Positions 27,460 to 40,582 of a stretch of 64,000 nucleotides of DNA are shown piece by piece. Position 1 is the first letter of the stretch. Every line of letters starts with the position of its first letter. A program made the translations under genes and the position numbers. Source of the stretch: Octopus vulgaris (lineage: Eukaryota); assembly GCA_951406725.2 (NCBI GenBank), contig OX597817.1:115630001-115694000 (forward strand). The letters are read 5' to 3'. The notes beneath the pieces were generated by a model. The model saw only the letters and a list, made by a program, of their open reading frames with translations. It searched no databases and had not been told where the DNA came from.

Positions 27460-28190
27460 CAGAATAAGTCCCCAAATTCCAGGTCTTCCCACTCTACTTA
27501 TGTTCGGTAACTACCACAAATGAAACACGGATAAACAAAGAGAATAGTTTCATACACACCCAGTACCATAGTACACACCCAGACTTAACAAGCTGTAACA
27601 GATTACATACAGAAATAACTATTCATACACAAAAATCATTCTGCCACTTAACATGAACCTACACAGCTAACAGCCTAAACTTTAGCCACTTGTCTAGATA
27701 CAAACAACTCCTGTCAACTCCCCCACCAAATAGATAAATTTGGAGTTCCTTGATTGTAACTAAACATGTTCACTCCACTTTGTCGGCCTTCATTTTAGGC
27801 GCAAAATACACTGCCATGTGACACTACAGCAGGTTCTAAACTTAATCACGTGTTCATTCTCTACAAACACTTGACAGAAAACACTCAGAGCATTGATTGT
27901 TTAGTATTACCATTAGACCTATTCTGTCAACTGTGTCAGCCTTAATTTAGGATGCTAAATATTTTCACTTGCTACTAACACACGGACGTAGCGGGTAACC
28001 TAGAAAAGTGTCTAAGACTCGTGTGACTATCCTCTACCAGTCAACCCTATTCAAAACATATACTAATTTGAGCCGTGAATCCCCTATAAAAATAGTGCAA
28101 GCTTCAAACACGAGTCAGATTCAAAACAACTTAGATATAAACCATGTCTTACTATTTCAAACTTTTGAAAATCAATGTAAGCTGTGAAAC
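27460..28190 (-). mobile_element. Old L1/Tx1-like LINE, apurinic endonuclease region remnant
   Basis: Minus-strand ...KFRLLAV* near 27660-27690 resembles the FRL-AVYAP motif. Heavily decayed. Confidence 0.4.
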
Positions 28191-28407
28191 CTCTTAAATC
28201 TTTAAATGTAATAATAAAAGATACTCTAACTTTTGTCAGTGCATTTTCAACTTCTATTTTTCCTATATTTCTACTCGTGTGGAATAAAATAAGAGGGCTG
28301 AGCTAAAATTGTTTTAACATCAGCAAATAATAGTTTGAGTTTATCCGTGGGGTGTCGGTGGAAATTCAGAGACACACACGCACAAGCACGCACGCATACA
28401 CATGTAC

Positions 28408-28442
<35 letters not shown>

Positions 28443-30198
28443 AAAACACACACACATACACACACATATACATATATATATATATATAGAGAGAGAGGAA
28501 TATGTATATGTATTTATGATACGCCTAGATGTCGCATCTTTCTTCAAGTAACTCATATATAAATAATATATACAGCCGATATGAATATTATGCTGTTACC
28601 AGGAAACCTTAAAGTTCTTAAAATCAAATATAACAAGTATAATCAATAAAAATCATAGAATATTTGTTGTTGTGGAAATGTTGATAGTTTTTGGTGAAAA
28701 TGAATAAGAGTAGGTTGCGTCGGTAAGTCAGTCACGTACTAAGCTAGAACAATGAAAATAAAGAGCATTATGTTAGTATGCCATGAGACAAAGCGATATT
28801 TATGTTTCATCAGAGACCAAGATGTTATAAATCACTCAATATAATATAATCATATGATGTTCCTTTCTCTCTTTCTCTCTGTTTCGTATCTCTGTTTTAT
28901 TTTGTTGTTATGTACCTTCTGACTTCACCTTCTTTGTTCTCTTTCTTTTTTTCCCTGACCTAAATATCATTGTATCTTTTCGGTTTACATATTTGTGGTT
29001 ATCTGATTCTTTCTTTCTTTTTTAATTTATTTTTGTTTCTCTTGTTTTCGTACAACCAATCAAAAATATTGGCTGTCAAGGTTTACATTCATTTGAAGAT
29101 TGTTTTCTGCATATTTACATCTCTCAAACTGCCATGATCTTTTGTAATCACAATTCTAGATTTTTCTCACTGTTTTATTCTTTCCATATTCTTTGCCCCT
29201 ACGACCTTATCATTAACCATTTATAATGATTGTTATATTTGTAAAAGTAGAGGAACCTGTTCAGAGAACAGATAGTTAGATTCTTAACTACACGCATTTT
29301 GTATACTCTTCTCTTTTGTGACCTCTGTTGATATAGATCTACCAACACTACTAAAAGAGACACGGAACTGCAATATTACAACACTTGCACTTCATATCCC
29401 GAATCATTGGCATCCATTTCAGAATACGCGAGCCTGAGATTTTACCTAACAATTGCCTGGTGTTTTCAAAAGACAAATGTTGCTCTTAATCATTGTTTGC
29501 TCTAAAGTTTTCTCAACAAATTGTACATGTCGTTGTCAGGCTGTTTGTGAGAAGTTCTTAAAACTTTTGTTAGAGCTCAATATATTACAAAGGAAATGTC
29601 TGGCACCTTGGATAAAGGACTAGTGTAACAATTATGCAATCTGTTTTGTTGTATGTTATACAATTGATTCAATTGGCGAACGAAATTTAAATATCAGCCT
29701 AAATTTAAATATCAGCCTAAATAAGATGTCCAAAGAATAGCGAAACTATTGCGAGTTGAGCATATGATTTGTTTTTAGATGAGAAAATCTTTTTCTGAAA
29801 CCATAACAAGTGGAATAATTACGTACGTAAATTCCTCCACACAAAATTAAATATTAGTGATTAGCCCTACAATCTATAATTGTGTTTTCTTGTTTTCATT
29901 TAATGTTAAAGCTGAACGGATAGTAATGTACTCAACACACTATACAGGGTCGTTAACATAACACAATTGTAAAAACAACATAACACATTGTTTCAGACAA
30001 TGTTGCAAACAGACATTATGATATCGCGAGACTGAATAATTTAGAAATTTTGAGCTGTACTCTTTAAGCACTATCTACAGATAATCTAACATAATTTGAT
30101 GCTAAACATTATAATATGAAATTATAATTGAAGTAGAAAAAAAAAGTAATTTAAGACTACAGGTCTGTATTTAAGAGATGGGAAATTATGTACATTAT

Positions 30199-30296
30199 TT
30201 ACATTATTTACATTTGACGGATATTTGTCCTCATCTTGTTTGTTGCTAACAACAAACAGGATGAGGACAAATGTCTGTCAAATGTAAATAATGTAA
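30199..30296. repeat. 47-bp inverted repeat with a 4-nt loop
   Basis: ttacattatttacatttgacggatatttgtcctcatcttgtttgttg - ctaa - caacaaacaggatgaggacaaatgtctgtcaaatgtaaataatgtaa, with 3 transition mismatches. Confidence 0.95.
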
Positions 30297-30419
30297 TTTA
30301 AACCTATTAAAATGTTATTAAACACGTTTAAAAGGTATTAAAGATATTAGAGAGTCATTAAACGCGTTAAATTACTCAACTTTAAATTAAAATTGACGAA
30401 AGCACAGGCCTATTCTCAA

Positions 30420-31300
30420 AAAGTGTGGTTGAAAATTGGTCACGCAAAAGAGGATAGATAGGCAATATCGTGAGTGGGGTTCCAAAGCCGTGGCTCTTTC
30501 TCGAATATAGGTTGCTTTTAAAGAATGTTACTTATACCTTCCGTATTTTCCTTAATCTCTCACGAAGCAGTTCCCAGTGGTAGGATATCATGTTTAAAAT
30601 AATTTTTGTTCCTGGCAGGAATTATTTTCATTAATCTGATCCATGATTATTTTAATCTTAGTACAACTCTTAGAAATGTGTTCCATAGTTCGGTGTTATT
30701 GGCTCTACTGCAAGATCTCACAGTGACTCTTCTTGAGAGCAATGGACATTTTATGTCCAAAATTGTCATTTAGTCTATATTTTCCCGATGGACTTAACTG
30801 TGGATGGGATGCAGTGGAATGGCTTACACACGTACGCTTGATTTTTGGATTCCAGTTGCTTCAGCATTTGTATAATTGCATTCCGTTTCATACTACAACT
30901 TGGCATCATCTTAGATGGATCTTTAGAGTTGTAGGCTGTTTTTCACTCATAATAGCGAAATTAATTCTGAAAACTTCAGGTGTATGTGGAACATACATGA
31001 GTGTAGATCAAGGCTACTTGGGTAACTCAATAATTTCATTATGTAGCACAATGCTTCTCTTCTAATAATTTCATTTTCTCGGGGAAATTGTCAAGGCAAA
31101 AGCTTTCGAAAATGTGAAAGCGTTTCCATAGATATACAAACTAAAAATTGAAATTAGGGATGATGCCCTTGTTTCCCTTGAATAATTTCATTTTGTAGAA
31201 AAGAACTTTTCATTTTTTTTTAATTTTGTGAAAATATTTTCCAAGTAAATTACATCTTTTTCTTTATGGAAAATCATGTAGTACAGTAAGACAAGAGGTT
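30420..31300 (-). mobile_element. Decayed L1/Tx1-like LINE 3' region
   Basis: Minus-strand remnant of a C-terminal zinc knuckle, (C)RSC...TMEHISKSC, near 30660-30725. Confidence 0.4.
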
Positions 31301-31419
31301 TTCTAATTTGATAAGTTTTATTATCTTTCAGCTTCTTATACGTCACCAAATTGTTTGCACTTCAAATATTATTCTTACTTTACATTTAAGTAACTTTCTG
31401 TACAGAATGAAATCGAAAA

Positions 31420-31800
31420 CTTGTTAACACAAGTGAATAAACAAGACAATACAGGCAAAAAAGTGAGAGAAAACATGAGTGGAAAATGGTAACTCCACAG
31501 CAATAAGTAAACAGATCCTGTGTACCTGAGCATGAACCTGAATGATAAATACACTATCAAAGCAGAGTCAACAGATGCGAAGAGAAAACATGAATTATAT
31601 GTGAGTTGATAATATGCCACAGCATCTAGAATGATATCGAGGAAACAGTGCATTCTATAACATGAACGCAAGTCATCCGACAGATTACCATGAAGAATAT
31701 CGGAAAATAAAACATGACTGACGGAATTTTGCTTCAGCCAAGAAATGTTAAAAACCAAAAAGGAAAAAAAAAACAGTATTGTGGACGATTTGGTCCTCTT
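31420..31800 (+). mobile_element. Very decayed R4/Dong-like fragment
   Basis: KAES(TEG)-like and EETVHSI zinc-knuckle remnants in the expected order. Confidence 0.35.
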
Positions 31801-31886
31801 ATGATACCACATAATGAAGTTTAATGCTTTCAGTTAACTAAATGTATTGCTTTAACTATTATTTAGAAGATAACGTAACATATATA

Positions 31887-32357
31887 TCTATATATATAAA
31901 ACTGTAGTTGTGTGAGTGTCTGTCCCCTTCGATTTAGATTCCTAACTACTCCCACATTTTGCGGTGCAGTAGAACCAAAGTCGGGTATCTTATAGTCGTG
32001 ATTCATATCGAGCCCGTCTGAGTATTAGCGCGCGTCTACGATGAGTCTACGATTTTAAAAATAATTTAACATAATTTTTTATGTTGGCGTCCATGGTCAC
32101 ACCTGCACCTGTTTGCTTCTACCCCTTCTTCCCTCCCTCGTGAAGCTGTGGGGAAGGGAGTGTAAGGAATTTAACGTCGTACAGCGTTGTCAAGGAGACC
32201 AGCGTTCTTTTAGAACAACGACTTCATGGCTTGAATACACCAAAACAGAAATGGCTAAGAAAGCCCGAATTGGCATATATAAGGGAAGTAACTCTCTAAA
32301 AATGCTTATATAGTTATTTCCCTTACAAACCCGAGCAACGCCGGGCGATACTGCTAG
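31887..32357 (+). mobile_element. Complete non-autonomous Helitron (471 bp)
   Basis: 5' end is A|TCTATATATATAAAA. 3' end has the hairpin cccgagcaacgccggg (32330-32345) about 8 nt before CTAG|T. Inserted between A and T with no TSD. Confidence 0.9.
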
Positions 32358-32489
32358 TTATTAATATAAAGAAAGGTGGAATTTATACGGTCAAAGTAGT
32401 TATCTCACTGAAAATATTATCTCAAAGTAAATGAACGATAAACGTGTTTGCGCCGCTAAGCGAGTTATTTCTATATTATATTATGTTTT

Positions 32490-32790
32490 TTTTATATAAG
32501 GTAAAGTATAACTCTACTTACTGCTCTCTCAAGGACGGCGAATAAATCTTGTGCATCAAGTGAGGATAAGGAAGTAGTTCTTATTTGGCTTTTGCCAACT
32601 GTAGCCTGTACGAAGTCACTAAACAGGTTTATAGATCTCCAGCAAAAGCCACCAAGACATTCCTTTGAAATCTGAAAGTTAATAGTTAATAATATCTTAA
32701 TTATAACAAATTCTTCTGTCGTATTTATCAGTCTTTTAGAAATTGTATCAGTAAAACAGATAACATGTGACACTTATACATCACACAAAG
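32490..32790 (-). mobile_element. hAT (Charlie/Buster-like) transposase remnant
   Basis: ORF 32492-32773 has TDTISKRLI...LL..NFQI and AQDLFAVL, resembling the S-DTISRRI and G-DIF-L motifs. Confidence 0.4.
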
Positions 32791-33719
32791 ATGTCAGAAG
32801 TGATTCAAAAATAGGACTTATTTTGGAAAAAGTACCCTGGTGTAATGATCGTTGCTCTGCTCTATGCAACTGGAACCATTACTCTAGTACATTCTTTTAT
32901 CGAAGCACATCAATTAAGTTTTGTTGGGTATATGTAATGACCATAATCCGTTGAAGAAACGTGTACACAGGATTTTATGGACTATCATCACTTACATTTG
33001 TATATGCTCTCTTTAATATGAGTATTCACCATATCAGTACGCTAGCTTTATTTAAAATACATAAAATACACAATTAAAATACAATATATCATTGGAAATT
33101 TAACGTCATTTTAACGTCAAGATTACATAACAACATCAAAAACAAAATACCCAATAGTGTCTTCAAATATATCTCCATTTTTTATCTACCCCCAGAATAA
33201 CTTTCTGGGTAAACTAATAATCAAAAGTATGCTAGCTGTGGCCACAACATAATCATTTTCTATGATGCCTCCAGGAAGATGTCCATCATTGTGGAAGAAG
33301 ACAGGTGGGGTTTGAAGGATGTCTAGGTGCTATATCCAGAAGACCATAGAATCAATGATTAACGTTTGGATAGGGTATCACAGCCGTTAGTATTATGGAG
33401 TTAAGAAATGCTGCAATTTAATAGAGTCAATGGTAAATGAATACAAAGACTAGATGCGCATATTTCACCTATGTTAACAGCCTCAAAATTTCAGATATAC
33501 TCTTTTATACAAGTCAGTTAGTTGCGAAGAAATGTACTTTCGGGATTTTGTGCCAAAATTTGAAACCAATATCGGGCCTGCAAACATGGCTTGCAAATTT
33601 GGCCCCAGCATCATTTAGAATCAGAACAGAAAATTCCGGACAAATACCACAAGAAATTGCATCTGATTCTCGAATACCTCTGTGAGATTACTGCTCTCCA
33701 GAAATGATCCTTTCTAGTG

Positions 33720-33888
33720 TAGGCGCAAAACTTGAAATTTTGATGGAGGGGACTATTCAAATACATCAACCCCTAAATGATGATAGACAAGGTTTCCGGG
33801 GTGGGGTTGAACTAAGAAAATAAAGACAGACAAAGTGTTGCAAGGCATTATGTCTGCCGTGGTAATGATTCTACCAGCTCGCCCACTT
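33720..33888 (-). mobile_element. Decayed SINE family A
   Basis: ...aatgattctaccagctcgccc is the family A head in reverse. Confidence 0.55.
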
Positions 33889-34558
33889 AATCTTGAGCTA
33901 TATTAGATATAAATTTTGTAAAATACACATGGTAGTTTATCTTAAGTTTCGTATCATGCATATATTTTAAAACTTTTACTTTATTCTGATAATAACGTCT
34001 TCATATTTGCATGTAGGACAATTTCCATTATTTGCAAGAGTTAAATTCTTTGTTCAGAATAAAAAATGTAAAGCATATTGTCACATATAGGCGGGAATAC
34101 ATGTTTAAAATGAGAAGTAATGAGAAATTCTGAATTTAGTGTCATTCCCAATTGTATTCGAATCATAAACCATATAAAACGGATTCGATCATCTGAATCT
34201 GGCGAGAAGATATGTCGCCAGATTCTGACGTTTACTGTTATAGTGTGCGTGAGACAGAACATGCGAATAATAATAAATATCTCGTAAAAATATACAGTAA
34301 TGAAACGTTGGCATAATAGATGCATCCCTTTGAAATAGCCTATATTTGGGATGTCATTATGCAAATATTAAATATCGATAATTCTACTGTTAAAGTAATA
34401 ACTATAGTTTTCTCGATATCTCAGTACTTATATCAGAGGAATATTACGTCAGAGAACATCCGATATGTTACTCGAAATATTGTCTATGAAGTAATAATTG
34501 TAATTAATCATATGGTAATGTTATTTTTATTTGAATATTGAGATTTGTAGCTGTGTAT

Positions 34559-34599
<41 letters not shown>

Positions 34600-35084
34600 A
34601 CACACACAGAAACACACACACATACACAAAAACACACAAACACACCTATATAGCTGCACAGTTATAGATTTGGTCGTAAAAATGTAGAAAAGTATGACTA
34701 CGAATATAAAGATATTCTAGAATATAACATGACTACACACAGCGCTAAGGCTATATGTATATGTAGATGCAGAATGAATGAATCATCATCGGTATATGTA
34801 CATATATACTTCTATATACATGTCTGTGTATTATTTATATAGAATTTTATATAATGCGTAACACTCAAACATACACAAATGGACACATATGGACACGCAC
34901 GCACGCTCAGACAGATACAGACAAGGCAGACACACATACGCACGTGCGCGCACACACACAAGCACACACATATATAATGTTTTGGTTTTTATATAAAATT
35001 CTATATAATCAATCGAAAATTGAATTGAAGGCTCACAATATTTTCAGTGCGGTATTACATTTATTTATATCTACAAAATAAAAA

Positions 35085-35525
35085 GCTTTGTCCCCCAGTT
35101 TCAGCCTATTGGTGGTCATCAGACTGTAGGATTGTTTCTTTTTCAAACCTTATTTATAATTTATTAATCGGTGCATTCATCTGGTGGGTAGAATAGGGTA
35201 AACTCTAATTAGGCGTCGAGAATATTCAATTTTTTTGTGAGATAGAAAAGAAATAATTATAAGAAGGTCAATTTATTTAGTTTAAGTTGCCTGGCCTAAT
35301 TTGAAAAGTAAAGTTTCAGTTTTGATCAGCGCCAATGACTGGCTGTAGTATATGATGGGCATTTAACTGATTTGAACCCGTAGCTCTGTTTGAGATTTCC
35401 AGCGTACTCGCCTTTTTCATAGTAGCAATTTTTCCCACCTTAAACTCTTGATAAAATGATTGGTTTTATACAATTCGTACAATCTCTCATCGACTGGCGT
35501 AGTTGGGATTTGCCTGTGTGCAAAC
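35085..35525 (-). mobile_element. Internally deleted Penelope-like element
   Basis: Minus strand KTNHFIKSLRW...SYGFKSVKCP (Penelope ORF N-terminal motif) is joined to a short GIY-YIG-like tail, followed by a CTGATGA-ccaccaataggct-GAAAC motif at about 35098-35122. Confidence 0.65.
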
Positions 35526-35829
35526 TCCAATACCAGTCCTCTGAACACCTAAACTCTCACACTGCACCCCAAGTTAGCCCACATAGTAACAATAACACAA
35601 CCTTTACTAACACCCCTCAATTAAATAATACTAGACTCAAGCCATCATTCCACAATCCTACCTACGCAACAACAAATACTATCTGCAATACCACCTCCCA
35701 ATCCAATACATATTACATTTCAGATTCTCTCCCACTAAAAATGAATCAACCGAGCTCAACTAGTAGTAAACCCCCAACAACGGAGCAGGTAGGAAAACTT
35801 GCAACTGTCGCGTTTTTCAATTAAGCCTT

Positions 35830-37560
35830 CTTTGGGGCTTCTGTATACGCAAAATATAATCTGCAAGTACCATCTTTCTATTATATACATTTAGCTTAAA
35901 CTGTGACTTCTAATTCTTGATTTTCAATCTACACCAGCAAGCCCAAATCCACAGCGAGCGAAACAGCACGCTCCCACCAGGCAAGGGTACATATCGGGGG
36001 TGCCGTAGATTTCAAGCGCTGCTACTGTTCACAGAATCCAAATTATAATATATCAACTTCCTTAGCAAGGTATTTACACAACCTTAAATCTCAAAATATT
36101 TCTATCCCGGTCCATAGTAAGCGAAACTCCCCACATAATGCAGACATCGGCAAGTGTAAGTTGTCTTAAAGAATCATTAACCATTTTTCCCTTCGTAGTT
36201 CCTCGTTTATTAATAGATTCTCTAATGTTATTTATTCTTGAAAATACATGTGCTGCTCACCTTTCACTCACTTTACTAAATCTTTGTAATCCCATAAGTT
36301 TCCATACCCCCAAAAAACTCTAAGGTAAGACAAAGTCATCCTAGCAATTTACTACATAAAAAAATGCACCCATCTTATTCTTTTTCATACTCACATTTCT
36401 AAGTTCTTCCTAATTCTTCCGAATTCTTCTTAGCCTCCCCACTCTCCCTATTCTCTAAAAGCACTTAACAATACCCCAGTTTCTTTGAAAACTAACCAAT
36501 ATATTTCTGCCCCTTCACACCACCCTATTCAATTTCATACATCTCTCTTTACCATAACACACCCCACCTCCAATACCAAACCAATTTCTTTATCCCACTA
36601 ACAGCTACCACGTGTCCACCTTCTCACCCCACATACTATTTTCCTCCATCCCCTCACATTCCTCTCTACTTACTAATCTCCCTCAGCACTGATCCAGTCA
36701 ATGTATTTCCCTCAAATAATAGCCATCCCCATTTTTCATTCTCCCAACCGTTAACGCTATAGTCTTAATACAAATTAACACAAAGATCATCATTGAGATA
36801 CTACCAAAACAATCCTTCCCCCTCCCCCAACCTTCTGCCTTTACTACTTTCACTAGTATCATTATTTACTCTAACCCTAACAATTATTTTCTCCTCCCAC
36901 TACTCTCTATCTAAATACCCAGCAACTCCTCTTTCTAATACATTTTATTCTCCGCAAATTCATTCTATATTTAAACTCCATTCTCTCAACACTTCAAATG
37001 TAAACTTCTTCCCTGAAGACGGAGGCTGGTATTATCCAATGATACAATCAATTTACAGTCGCTATTTTGGACCACCAAGCTCTCAGAAACAGCTGTTGGA
37101 CACGTAAAACTCTTATTCAACCTTTAATTCCTGATATCATTTCAATTTTCTGTAATTCGGACCTTTTTATATGTAATAAAGTGTACACATGTTTGTATTA
37201 AATCCCTATATTGCACTACAAATTTCTATTATATACATTTAGCTTGAACTGTGATTCTAATTTTGGATTTTTAATTTATATCAGCAAGCCCAAATCCATA
37301 GACAGCGAAACCTTCCTACCTTCCGCTCGCTATGAAAGCTTCCCAGGTCCGCTCACTCTGAAAGTTTCCGTGGTTCCGCTCGCTCTGAAACATAAGTAGC
37401 TCGGATTTGATCTACTCCATTCCTTAACATTTGGATTTTCATTCGCATACCCGGTAACCCTGCTTGTCAAACGTGAAATATGAAATAATGTTTTTTGTCT
37501 TATCATACTTACATATGGGAAACGTTCACAAACTCCCACTCCAATAAACCATTATTGTCC
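35830..37560 (-). mobile_element. Mosaic of Penelope-like (Neptune-type?) remnants
   Basis: Minus-strand LKIKN*KSQFKLNVYNRKD (after the RT FLDL motif) occurs twice, at about 35875-35965 and 37222-37311. A hammerhead motif lies at 37010-37100 on the + strand. Confidence 0.55.
37010..37100 (+). ncRNA. Minimal hammerhead ribozyme with intact core
   Basis: tcc CTGAAGA c-ggaggctggt...accaagctctc-a GAAAC agct GTT gga. Both core boxes are intact, stem III is palindromic (aacagctgtt), stem I is 3 bp and stem II is long. Confidence 0.6.
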
Positions 37561-37730
37561 CTGAAAGTTGTACTTTTTAAAATATTTTCTGCGGATTGCT
37601 TGAATCTCACTTTGTTCCTGTTTCTCAATGATTCGACCTTACCTTGATATATTTATACTTATCTATCTACCTCTACGTATGTATATGTATGCATGTATAT
37701 ATACATGTATGTATATATATATGTGTATGA

Positions 37731-37788
<58 letters not shown>

Positions 37789-37799
37789 TTATTTATATA

Positions 37800-38173
37800 G
37801 GCATAGGAGTGGTTGTGTGGTAAGTAACTTACTTACAAACTACTGGACATCTTGGACAATTGTCTTCTGCTGTAGCCTCGGGCCGACCAAAGCCTTGTGA
37901 GTGGATTTGGTAGACGGAAACTGGAAGAACCTCATCGTATATATATATATATGTGTGTGTGTGTGTATACGTTTGAGTGTCTGTGTTTGTCCCCCAACAT
38001 CGCTTGACAACCGATGCTGGTGTGTTTACATCCCCGTAACTTAGCGGCTTCGGCAAAAGTGACAGGTAGAATAAGTACTAGGCTTACAAATAATAAGTCC
38101 TGGGGTCTATTTGTTCGACCAAAGGCGGTGTTCCAGTATGGCCACAGTCAAATGACTGAAACAAGTAAAAGAG
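37800..38173 (+). mobile_element. SINE family B
   Basis: ggcataggagtggttgtgtggtaagtaac...gactgaaacaagtaaaagag, homologous to 18151-18598. Confidence 0.9.
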
Positions 38174-38221
38174 TATATAAATAATATATATATACCTATA
38201 TAAATAATATATATGCATATA

Positions 38222-38977
38222 TCACGGATCAGCTTCAGACCATGCTGACGGAGCTCGACACCAAATGCTCTGCAGTAGGTCTCAAGATGAACCGCATGAA
38301 AACGAAGTTCATGCAGTCAGACAACATACCAACTAGTCGATTGGTGATCGGCAGTGATGAAATAGAGGAGGTAAAGGAATATGTCTACCTGGGACAGGAA
38401 GTGAATATGTACCGAGATACCGAAAAGGAGATCTCACGAAGAGTAAGGGCCGGACGGAAGGCATTTAATGGCATAAGGGATGTGCTCAAGGGAACGTTGG
38501 ACAGGACCCCCCGTGCTAACCTAATCAACTGCACAGTTCTACCTGCAATGTTATATGGTAGTGAAACATGGGCTACAACAAAGAGAGAAGAGCAGAGACT
38601 GGTAACGGCTCAAAGAGCCATGGAAAGGTCAATGCTTGGAATCTCGTTGAGAGAGCACATCAGTAGCGAGGTCATCAGAGAGAAGTCCAGTGTGAGGGAA
38701 GTCATCGCAGAATATACACGAAGCAAGTTTAGCTGGGCTGGACACGTCGCCCGGGTCACCGATAATCGGTGAAACCGCGCAGTTGTCGATTGTTACCGGC
38801 GCGAGCGGAAATGACTACTCAGAAAGCCTCCACGACGGTGGAGTTAAGATTTCAGGAGGAGGATTGGGATCACGTGGATAAGAAAGGCACGCTCCAGAGA
38901 GGGGTGGACAGCGTGCTGTTACCATTGGTGTAAGATGGACGCCCGACGGACTGGTTGGTCAAGGTGATCAAGGTAAC
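38222..38977 (+). mobile_element. 5'-truncated RTE-clade LINE (RT C-terminal region)
   Basis: ORF 38242-38772 has GLKMNRMKTKFM...EEVKEYVYLGQ...EISRRVRAG...VLPAMLYGSETW...QRAMERSMLGISL...WAGHVAR. Short-repeat tail (tcaaggtga). Confidence 0.95.
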
Positions 38978-39068
38978 ATAAATATTATATATATACATAT
39001 GTAAATAATATATATATGTAAATATATATATATATATATATATCTGAATAATATATATATACATATAT

Positions 39069-39126
<58 letters not shown>

Positions 39127-39574
39127 CATATACACACACATACATATATTTATATATGATTGGGTTTCTATCTTTGCCTATTCACAGAATTACTGTATAT
39201 AAATTATTTAGAGACAGTGTGTTGGCATCGTTCTATTACTTATAAAGTTAAGGAAAATATTTCAGTATTATAATATACTGCTTTTGTGCACGAGCGCATA
39301 CAGGTGTGCGCAAACATTCCTGTATACTTACGCATTTTGAAGCTTTATATTTAGGAATGTCTTGCCTACTTTGACTTAGCATTAGGGTGAAAAGACTTGC
39401 TGTCCAAATGAATTTCCTGCGCCTCATTCTAGCGATTCTGTTCGGGTTGACGACGTAGATGTCTTTCTTTTTAACATACCATCCTATGTAAAGCTGACAC
39501 AATAAGGGTATTTTTCTTTTTAAAATTTGTACATATTACAGTTCAAGTGTATACAATAAAGATAATACTCCATT

Positions 39575-39705
39575 CAAACTGTACTCAACTGGTACTTATT
39601 TTATCGACTTGGAAAGGATGAATGGTAAAGCTGAATTCGGCGACATTTGAACTCAGAGCATAAAAATAGACGAAATACCGCTACGTATTTTGCTCTACGT
39701 GCATA
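39575..39705 (-). mobile_element. SINE family A fragment
   Basis: actggtacttattttatcgacttggaaaggatgaatggtaaagctgaattcggcgacatttgaactcagagc. Confidence 0.7.
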
Positions 39706-40417
39706 TTAAATATTATGTATAACTGCCGTTTATTGTCATTAGGTTTCTGTACTATTTAGTCATACAACCAACATATTTATGAGGATGATTGACATTTATT
39801 AAATAGTGAATTATGTAATTAAAATGAAAAAAATGACATTAAATCATTTATAAATACGAACGAAATAAAAAATAAAATATGGAAATTTCTGATTCACTCC
39901 CCTAACAATATGTGAAAAATGGTTTCTTCATTTCAAAATTACGGTTACACAGACAAGTGTTATTACTGCATAAGTTACACATATAAAATGTAGGTATAAT
40001 ACGGTGACAAGGCATTCGACAGGAGATAATCGACGTGAATGAAAGCTGCCATAATTGAATTGTATGGTCCATTCAAATTTGGTATTTAAAATGGACAACA
40101 AAATAGACAGTTTTATTAAAATATCTGAAAAATGCGAATGTTTAGTTGTTTTCTAGAAGTTTACATTAACCCATCTGAAAATTTATCGGAAAATCATAAG
40201 AATCCCGTATTTAATTTAAATGGTGAAATTATGCGATAATTTTGAAATAATGTATTAGGCATAACGTCAGAAAAATAGTATACCTTAAAATAGTAATTGA
40301 TCAAATTAGGTGTTCGTTAACTGCAAGTTACAGTTAATATACTTTTATGTAACAAAAGAAATTTCCACTATTGGTGTTCTTGTTCCTGCCTTTTCTGTAG
40401 GTGCTGCTGCCATTTTT

Positions 40418-40582
40418 GCAGCATGCACTGGAACAACCCTAGCTGCAGTTGCACACTCTTGCTGCTGGTGACATAATTGCTGGTGTTGTAGTGTCAGTAG
40501 TAATGGGGGCCGTCTTTCAACTATCAGTTTCTCTTATTGTAGGAGGCAATAGGCCTTGAGGTGATCGTTGTTGCCACAATTT
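40418..40582. repeat. About 165-bp direct repeat, copy 1 (copy 2 at about 42501-42666)
   Basis: gcactggaacaac...gtagtaatgggggccgtctttcaactatcag...ttgaggtgatcgttgttgccacaattt occurs twice, about 90% identical by eye. Confidence 0.9.

Noticed and set aside
31375-31812. 145-aa hydrophobic ORF
   Set aside because: It is antisense to an A-rich decayed LINE remnant and has no domain signature.
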